From Paramoeba atlantica (Eukaryota > Protista > Discosea): 28,555 nucleotides of DNA. Every line of letters begins with the position of its first letter. Position 1 is the stretch's first letter. Below are positions 20,212-28,555 of the stretch, in pieces. The stretch spans positions 1 through 28,555 of the forward strand of contig CDRNVI010000218.1 of NCBI GenBank assembly GCA_977017575.1, read 5' to 3'. The position numbers and the translations under genes are program-made. The notes beneath the pieces were generated by a model that was given only the letters and a program-made list of their open reading frames with translations, was not told the DNA's origin and did no database searches.

Positions 20212-23200
20212 TCATCCAAAATTTTTGTAACAAAACAGCCGCAAAGTCCCATCTGTTGATGAAGAAAAAACAACTGACATTTTTTGATTTCCCCCAACTG
20301 CCCGACTAGGAACAGCCAAACTGCTTACATTCCCATCATGCACATCTTCTTCGCTCAATAGAGGGTGCAAAAGAGGAGAACGGGTTTCAATCTCCCATCC
20401 AATCACATTCCCTGTTGCAGCTGTCCCTCCCCAAATCTCATTGGGTCCAACCTGAACAAGGCAACTGAGAAAGGCATCTGAAGGGACTTCAACTTGATCA
20501 ACAAGAACGAGCTGTTGATGATCACCACTATCTATGGATCGGAAGATTAAGATTTTTTCTCCATCATAAGCCCAGATCTCTGGCCCCTTTTTAGCAGTTT
20601 GAGAGGGAAGAGGGAGAAAATCCTCCTCCTCCTTTTCCTCTTCCTGTTTTTCTCTAATCCCTCCTCTGTTTCCAACCACCCAATTCCCATTCCACACAGA
20701 AGTCAGACACCGAATGTAAGAAGAGCCACGATCTTTCTCTTGACACCACCCAACACCACCCATCATTTTGTCACTTCCACCTTGGATCTGGATCATACCC
20801 ACAGCATTACCAACTGCCAGACAGAGAGTACTTTTTCCTATAGACACCATTCCACTCCTGGCAGTGTTCTGAAACCGACCTTCAATCCCTGACTGGTCCA
20901 GTTGCAACACTCTCTTTGTCTCAATTCGTGATGTCCGATGCAACCCATGTTCATCTTCAACCGTAATAAGAGTGAACTCAACAACTTGAAAAGCATTTGT
21001 AAAGCACACACTATGTCCCACTGCTTCCAATCCCAAAAACCCTAAACCCTTCTTTGAGCCAGCCTCATCTCTACCATCCTCACCAATGCTGCTGCTATTT
21101 TCAGGTTGTTTCACACCAAGACAAAGGAGAGAAAGATCAAATAACAGCATTCTGGAAAATTGTTCCAAGGCACTCAACCACTGAGAAAGAGAGGGTGACC
21201 CTCTCATGTTCTCTTCAGCTTTGGCAACAGCAAATTTGAAAGTTTTGTTTTGTTCAGGGCACTGAATTTGAATGGTTGGTCTTGGGGTTGAGAGGAAGGA
21301 TGTGACAACTGTGTTTTTGTTAATCAAAATAGAATCTTCTTCTGTTCCAAAATATTGGTGCTTAAAGATACGAAGTCGACCTGTATCAAGACTCACCCAC
21401 ATATCTTCACTCCATAAACTCACTTTCCTCAACCAACCCTTGATGTTGAAGTGCTCAATTGCATCCTCACAATTCAAAGGTGCATCTTTCCAAACTCGGA
21501 GCGTCCCACACATTGAACTTGTCCAAACATGACCCCCAAATGACTGGTAGACCATTGCTCTGACTTCTTTTTTATGTGTGTCTTTTTCGTTACATAAAAT
21601 CAGTTTTGGGTTTCCTCCAATTGCCTTCTTCACCTCAATCACACCGACATACCCATTCCAAAATCCAATCCAAAGCCAATCAAGACCTGCAAAGAGAACC
21701 CTCTTCACTTTCCACTTTTCCTTCACAGACATCATTTCTGACAATCGCAGCGTGGCCACAGAGAGAGAATGGTGAGAATGCCTTGAAGGATGATGAGCAT
21801 CCGCCGCTGTTACATCAATCTCTTTCCTCAGTTGATCCAAAACCCCGACCTGATTCAAAACCTTATGGAACAAGGGGGATTCACCTTGAATCATCTCAAA
21901 TAGAGACTCACAAACTTGGAGGGCAGTTGGACGGCGAGAAGGTTGATGATCCCAGCAAGAGTTCATCAAGTCTAGATACTTTTTCAACAGCTCAGGATTG
22001 TTTTCATTTTCATGCTCAAGGACAGAGCGAGGAATTGAAGGACGCCCCTTTTTGCGAATAAATCCTTTCAACACTTCCATCAACTCAACCTCCAAATCAA
22101 AAGAGTAGGGATAACGACGCACTAAAATCTCCCATAACATGATTCCAATTGCGTGAATGTCAATCTTTTCGGTGAATTCTTGCCCCTTCAACACTTCAGG
22201 TGCTGCCCAAGTTGCGGTCACACATTCAGTTTTGGAATTTTTTCCTCCAACAAGAGAAGAAGCACCAACAAGTTTCACAGACCACCCAAAATCACCAACC
22301 TTCGCCAATGGCTCTCTCAAGGTCTGTTCAGTTATGGGAAATTGAATCAGAGAACGAGTGAGAAAGACATTGGGAGTTTTAAGATCACGGTGAATGATAG
22401 GGGGATTCAGAGAATGGAGATAATGAATGCCCAGAGCAATGTCAAAAGCAATTTTGAGGCGAAGAACCCAAGGGAGGGGAGCATATATTTCGGTGGTCTC
22501 ACGAATGAGATCTTCAACCTTCTTTGAAGTCTCTTTCAAATTCTCAAAGACCCGTTTTTCTTCTTCAGAACCCTCAAAGTTTCCTTCATATCCTCTTTCA
22601 ATCCCAATCTTGAGAGAGTCTCTCAAGGCATTGATTTGCTCCCCATGGCTCCCCCCTGCTATACCCAACCATTTGTCAAAGTATTGGTTGAGTTTTTTGA
22701 AGGCACCATCACATAAATGAAGAAGAGGAGGAAGGGGTGCAGGAGCAGGGAAAACACTTGGTTTGACAAAGTGGAGATTCAATTGACTTCGATAACTCCC
22801 AACTGATTTGATCACACTGTCAATAAGAACCAAAAGATTTAATCCCATGAAATTGATTTGCCCATAGAGGTCTCCTCCACCAACTAATTCCATTACCATT
22901 GCATGGTTATGATGAAATTCATTGAGTGAACCAGAAAGAGGATGAGTGATCCCCACTAACCTGACAATATTGGGATGAACAAGCCCTGTCATTGTGTACA
23001 CTTCCAATAGAAAGTCTTTTTGCAGTCCTTCTTCAGTTGGTGGTTTCTTCTCATCACTTCCAATCATCTGGCAAGAGTCTTGAGCCAGTTTTACATGTTT
23101 TGGCTCAAGAACTTTTGCTGCATATGCAAAGTGGGTTGATTCTCTTTCCTCTCTTTCAATCAGAGAGGAAAGAGAAGGTGAGGGTGGAGGCAAATGTGAA

Positions 23201-26200
23201 GGTGAAGATGGGGAAGGAGAGGGGGAAGGGGAAGGGGAAGGAGAGGGGGAAGGAGAGGGGGTAGGAGAGATTGATTCAGTCACATTTTCTTTTAAATACT
23301 CTAGGATTGGAACAGGAGTATGGTTTCTCTTCCTCTTACCAAGATGCAATGTTTGTCTACAATTTTGACAGAGAAATGATTCATCTTCTTCACATTGATC
23401 GCAAAAAAACTTGACTTCTTGTCTTTCACAATACTCACACAGAGAGGGAACTGAAGGAGGGAGTATTGAGCAAGGTGGGTCTGGGAAGGAAAGAGGAGGA
23501 GATGGTGAAGATATTGAAGGATGAGGGGAAGCAAGAAGAGAAGGAGGAGAAGAGGAAGATAGTTTCCTCTCACCGGAACTTAATTTTTGAAAATTGATTG
23601 ATGAAGAACACAACAGGACTTTTCCAAAAGACCCTTGGCCAAGTTCTTTCTCAATCTCTAAATCCTCCCAACTGACAAGAGAAAGAGTAGAAGCCTCTTG
23701 AATGAGAAGATCAGGAACAAGATATTGTAATGCAACATTATGGCTCTTGTTCTGACAGAGGGCAGTGACTTTCCTTTGAGCAAGGATTTTGTACAAATAA
23801 CTAAATTTATATTGACATGGAAAACAACTCATCCCTCCACCTTCTCCATAATATGCCACTTCCACATCATAATCCATATGATAAAACTCTTCCAACATAT
23901 TCTCAAGAGATCTCATTACCTCCTTCATCCACCATCCTGCCACCTCACTTGACACCCCTTCCAACTTAAGATTCAGTTTGTCTCCTCGTTTTTTTTTCAC
24001 AAGACAATAACACTCCACTGCTTTTTTTGACAACCCATCTGCTGCAGGATAAATAGCTACTGCACAACCTTGTTGCCAACACTCAATCACTTCACCAATC
24101 TTCATCAACTGCACAATCACCATTGGCATCACAGCAACAGGAACAGAAGCTTGATTCTTCATCTTGAAAGTCCGATCCAGGACCACATGATGATGATGTT
24201 GTCCTCCAATCCGAAACTCAAACTCACTCTCAATTCTGTGATTATGCTGAGGCTCATTTTCTTTTAAGAGACAGGGAACAAAGTATTTTTTTCGTTGTTG
24301 CTTTTGGTTGGGAGATCGAAGAGGAAACATGATATGAAGTTGCATCAACAGATTAATCATGTCTTCATGGTATCGCTTGGGAAAATCTTCTTCTTTACGC
24401 CAAAGGTGCAAGGTGAGAGTGTCATGGTCAATCACCCCCCCAGAAGACTGAGCAAAGGAGTGTTTGGTTGTGATAAGAGTTGCAAGTAGACGAGAGATCC
24501 ATTGGGGATTCAAAACGACCGCCATTTCAGTAGAAGCAGGACCCTCCTCTTTGGAAGAAGAGAGAGTTAACATTCTCCTTGGGCGAACAAGGTAGATGTA
24601 TCCGAGAGTATCTAAGTCTTCTAAAAATTCCATACATCTTTCTTCATCTTCTAATGCTTTGATACCTTTCTTGATTCCTTCAAATTGGATCACTTGATGA
24701 ACAAGAGAAATTTTTACGATTGGGCCCTGTTTTAAAGTTTCCAAAGCAACTCGAATCACTTCAAGAGGAGCAGGTGCATCAAAGGCCACTTCGTCACTCA
24801 CTTTCAGCAATACATCCCTCAATGCTTTCGCTCCTTCATCCATTACTTTTCGGTTAAAGAATGACTTCTTGACCCACTGCAGCATCACTGCCTGAGGATA
24901 GATCTTCTCTTCGCCATACCGAGCAATCAAGGATCGATGGAGGTGTTTGTGAGCAGCTTCTGCTTCATTGGGTTTCAACCTGTCCCCATTTGTTGTGATC
25001 AAAAGAATCCGAACCCTTTCTGTACGAGATAAAACAGACTCAATCCAGAAATGAAGTTCCCTCAGAGCATCCTCAGGAGCATCATTTACACGACAGACCA
25101 CAGTATAAATACAAAAATCACGGAGAAACAATTGGTGACTGATTCGATAAATCTTCTGTCCACCAAAATCCCAAGTTTCAAGAATGGTCCCATCTTTCAA
25201 CACAACATCCCCTAACTCAACACCGTCAGTCGAAAGAGGGATGTTCTCCATTTGTTGCCCATCATCTCTCAGTCTTCGAATCGTTGTTGTTTTGCCAACT
25301 GCTGGCCCACCCATCACCATCAATCGCAATGCTTTCATCTTCACCATCCCACCTTCCAACTTTGCCTTACAATACTCAATGATATTTTTTGGTGATTCCC
25401 CAGCTTTGATCTTATCAAGTTTCCTCCAATTTTCGCTTGTCATAAATTCGATTTGTTTGATTGCTTGAGGAGACAAGTACGCAAGGCCAACGGGGAGGCT
25501 GGTGACATCTTTTTGGTGAATAACTCTGACATGAGTGAGAAAAGGACCAAGTAGCGTCCAATCTATGCTGTCCAACTTCTCATCATTGATTTCAAGGGAA
25601 GGGTTGGCAAGTTCGAGAACTCCCGTTTCAATTGAACTGAAAAGAAGTTGTTTTAAAGAATAAAAATTCCCTTCCAATTGGGAAAACATTTGAGGAGAAT
25701 GGAGATAAGATCGAGCAAACTCTCTTGTTATTCTCCCTGATGACCGCGTCTTTTTCAAGGAAAGAAAAATATCGGTCAAAAAGAGAAAGGAAAGGAGAAA
25801 GTGAGGAAAGAGAGAAACACACACCTTCGAGGGCATTGACCCAGCTGCCAAAAGTATTGAAACGACTCGATTTCTCCCTTCGATTTGTTGATCGTTTTCT
25901 GGTTTCATCTCCAAAGCACACGCAAGTTCAGTTTGATTACCAAGCTTGTCTTGATCAAGTTTGGCGAACTGTGATTTGAGCAAATGTTCTAGAATTTTAC
26001 TTTGCCATCGATATGCTGCGTAGTGTATCATTGACTTTCTCTGAGAAAGGGGGAGGTGAGAAAGAAAAAGACTAAAAGACTAAAAGAGAAAAGAGAGAAG
26101 AAAAAAAAAAACCATGTAATCGAGTTTAACAATGTCAGAATCATATCTTAAGAGAAGGAGAACAATCTCGACTCGATCTTCTGATTCTTCCTCAATATCA

Positions 26201-28548
26201 CAAGCAAGATGTGATAAAGTATTTGCGTCCTATCACATCCTCTCCATTAGTAATTACTCCTTTCTTTCTTCTCTCTCTCTCTTCTCTCTCATCTCTCATC
26301 TCTCATCTCTCATCTCTCTTCTCTTCTTATGAAAACAAACAAAAAAATTATTTCTTCTTGATTTTCTCCTTTTGTTTTCTTATTTTTCTTTTTTTTTCTT
26401 TGTCTTTTGTTTTTGAATTGTTGTGTTGGGATGGTATTTTTTCTTTGACAAAAATTTTTCAATTGAAAACCTCTGGAGTGAGTACAATGTCCTTCTCCAA
26501 TTGTGGGTGAGAACGACAAAAAGGATTGTTACCAACACTGTCAATAAAAATTAATAAAAAAAAAAAAGAATAAAAAAAAAAGAAAAATTCAAAAAAAAAA
26601 AAAAGAAAGAGAGAAAAGGAGAGAGGAAAAAAGTGAGAAAGGAAAAAATCTAAATCTAAAAGAAATTTAAATATTTGAAGAGAAATAAAAATCCAAAATA
26701 AATATATTTATTTATTTAGAGAGAGAAAGAGAGAGAAATAGAAATAAAACTTGAAAATAAGAAAAAAAAATACAAAATACAAAATACAAAATACAAAAAA
26801 AAAAATATAAAAATTTATCTTCACAAAAAAGAAGAAAAGAGAAGAAGAAGAGAAAAAAAGAGAGAAAAAAAGAATGAAAAAAGAGAAAAAAAGAAAAAAG
26901 AGACAAAAACACAATTCAGAAATAAAGAGAGAAAACAAAATGAAAGCAAAACTGAAGTGTTTGAAGTGTTGCATTTGTTGAGAGGGACTTACCAATCTCT
27001 CTCGCTCCTTCATCTCCAATTTTATTGTTATCAAGGCTGTGTGTGTTGGAAAAAGAAAAGGAGAAAAAGAGAGGAGGAAGAGAAAAGAGAAGAGGGAAAA
27101 GAGGAGAGAAAGATAAGAAGAAGGAGAGAGGGAAAGAAAGAAGAGAGAAGAGAGAGAGAGAGAGAGAAGAGAAGAAAAGAGAAGAAAAGAGAGAGAAAAG
27201 AAGGAAAAAGAAGAAAAGAGAAGAAAGTGAGAGAAAGAAAAAAAGTGAGAAAGAAAACTAAAAATCCAAAATAAATATATTTATTTAGAGAGAGAGAAAA
27301 AGAGAAAGAGAGAGAAATAAAAATCCAAAATAAATATATTTATTTAGAGAGAGAGAGAAAGAGAGAGAAATAAAAATAAAACTTGAAAATATGAAAAAAA
27401 AATACAAAATCCAAAATCCAAAATATAAAATATAAAAATTTATCTTCACAAAAAAGAAGAAAAGAGAAGAAGAAAAGAAGAGAGAAAAAGAATGAGAAAA
27501 GAGAAAAAAAGAAAAAAGAGACAAAAACACAATTCAGAAATAAAGAGAGAAAACAAAATGAAAGCAAAACTGAAGTGTTTGAAGTGTTGCATTTGTTGAG
27601 AGGGACTTACCAATCTCTCTCGCTCCTTCATCTCCAATTTTATTGCCACCAAGGCTGTGTGTGTTGGAAAAAGAAAAGGAGAAAAAGAGAGGAGGAAGAG
27701 AAAAGAGAAGAGGGAAAGAGGAGAAAAAGATAAGAAGAAGGAGAGAGGGAAAGAAAGAAGAGAGAAGAGAGAGAGAAGAAAGAGAAGAAGAAAGAGAAGA
27801 AGAAGAAAAGAGAAGAAAAGAGAGAGAAAAGAAAAAAAAAGGGGAAAGAGGGAAAGGGAGAAAAGAAGGAAAAAGAAGAAAGTGAGAGAAAGAAAAAAAG
27901 TGAGAAAGAAAAATAAAAATCCAAAATAAATATGTTTATTTAGATAGAGAGAGAGAAAGAGAAAGAAATAAAAATAAACCTTGAAAATATGAAAAAAAAA
28001 TACAAAATACAAAAATATTATTTATCTTCACAAAAAAAGAAGAAAAGAGAAGAAGAAAAGAAGAGAGAAAAAGAATGAGAAAAGAGAAAAAAAGAAAAAA
28101 GAGACAAAAACACAATTCAGAAATAAAGAGAGAAAACAAAATGAAAGCAAAACTGAAGTGTTTGAAGTGTTGCATTTGTTGAGAGGGACTTACCAATCTC
28201 TCTCGCTCCTTCATCTCCAATTTTATTGTAACCAAGGCTGTGTGTGTTGGAAAAAGAAAAGGAGAAAAAGAGAGGAGGAAGAGGAGAAGAGGGAAAGAGG
28301 AGAGAAAGATAAGAAGGAAGGAGAGAGGGAAAGAAAGAAGAGAGAAGAGAGAGAGAAGAAGAGAAGAAAAAAAGAGAAGAAAAGAATGAAAAAAGAGAAA
28401 AAAAGAAAAAAGAGACAAAAACACAATTCAGAAATAAAGAGAGAAAACAAAATGAAAGCAAAACTTAAGTATTTGAAGTGTTGAATTTGTTGAGAGGGAC
28501 TTAGCAATCTCTCTCGCTCCTTCATCTCCAATTTTATTGTTCCAAAGG
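20212..28548 (-). CDS. Roco-family (LRRK-like) GTPase-kinase, 5'-partial, at least 2090 aa: RI-type LRRs-ANK-ROC-COR-TKL kinase(+B-box)-WD40-like propeller(+PH)
   Basis: Exons 28548-28465, 28237-28154, 27654-27571, 27036-26953, 26537-26471, 26229-26113, 26040-25825 and 25749-20212 splice in frame. ROC: GGPAVGKTT, STDG, WDFGGQ. COR: LNPQWI, YFVPCLL. Kinase: GQGSFGKV, AAK, HRDLKTPN, DFG, APE. Confidence 0.9.
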
Positions 28549-28555
28549 CTGTGTG
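26538..28555 (-). repeat. Tandem LRR exon+intron cassettes of the Roco gene (84-nt exons, 311-618-bp period)
   Basis: Four 84-nt phase-2/phase-2 exons encoding LxxNKIGDEGAREIGKSLSTNATLQTLH. Intron ends are near-identical and intron interiors are GA-rich microsatellite. The array runs off the window edge. Confidence 0.93.

Noticed and set aside
21040-21050. Interstitial telomere CCCTAAACCCT
   Set aside because: Falls within Roco codons (KGLGF); chance match.
26708-28531. Many F/L/S-rich and K/E/R-rich ORFs in the track
   Set aside because: Translations of GA/CT microsatellite introns; only the 84-nt LRR exons are coding.

Overview
Left end of a chromosome from an AT-rich, intron-rich eukaryote (protist/amoeba-like is an inference; the species cannot be named from sequence). 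In order: ~108 units of a plant-type (CCCTAAA)n telomere; subtelomeric repeats carrying a tRNA-headed SINE whose empty site lies 401 bp away; a decayed 602-codon frame with a RAG1/Transib-like C-terminus; a complete ISL2EU-type DNA transposon (TIRs, AT TSD, THAP-DDE transposase, convergent SWIM ORF) with an RNase H LINE fragment nested in its THAP domain; and a second, inverted fragment of that LINE. Host genes follow, all on the minus strand: a 20-exon ankyrin gene, a MEF2-type MADS-box gene, a decaying LRR-transmembrane gene, and a 5'-partial Roco (LRR-ANK-ROC-COR-kinase-propeller) gene. The main signal is that three unrelated repeat-protein genes each encode one repeat per symmetric-phase exon inside duplicated exon+intron cassettes. 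In the Roco LRR cassettes, three exons are identical except at two ligand-face codons. This looks like a subtelomeric, cassette-diversified receptor system. All coordinates and translations were read by hand; no database searches were run.
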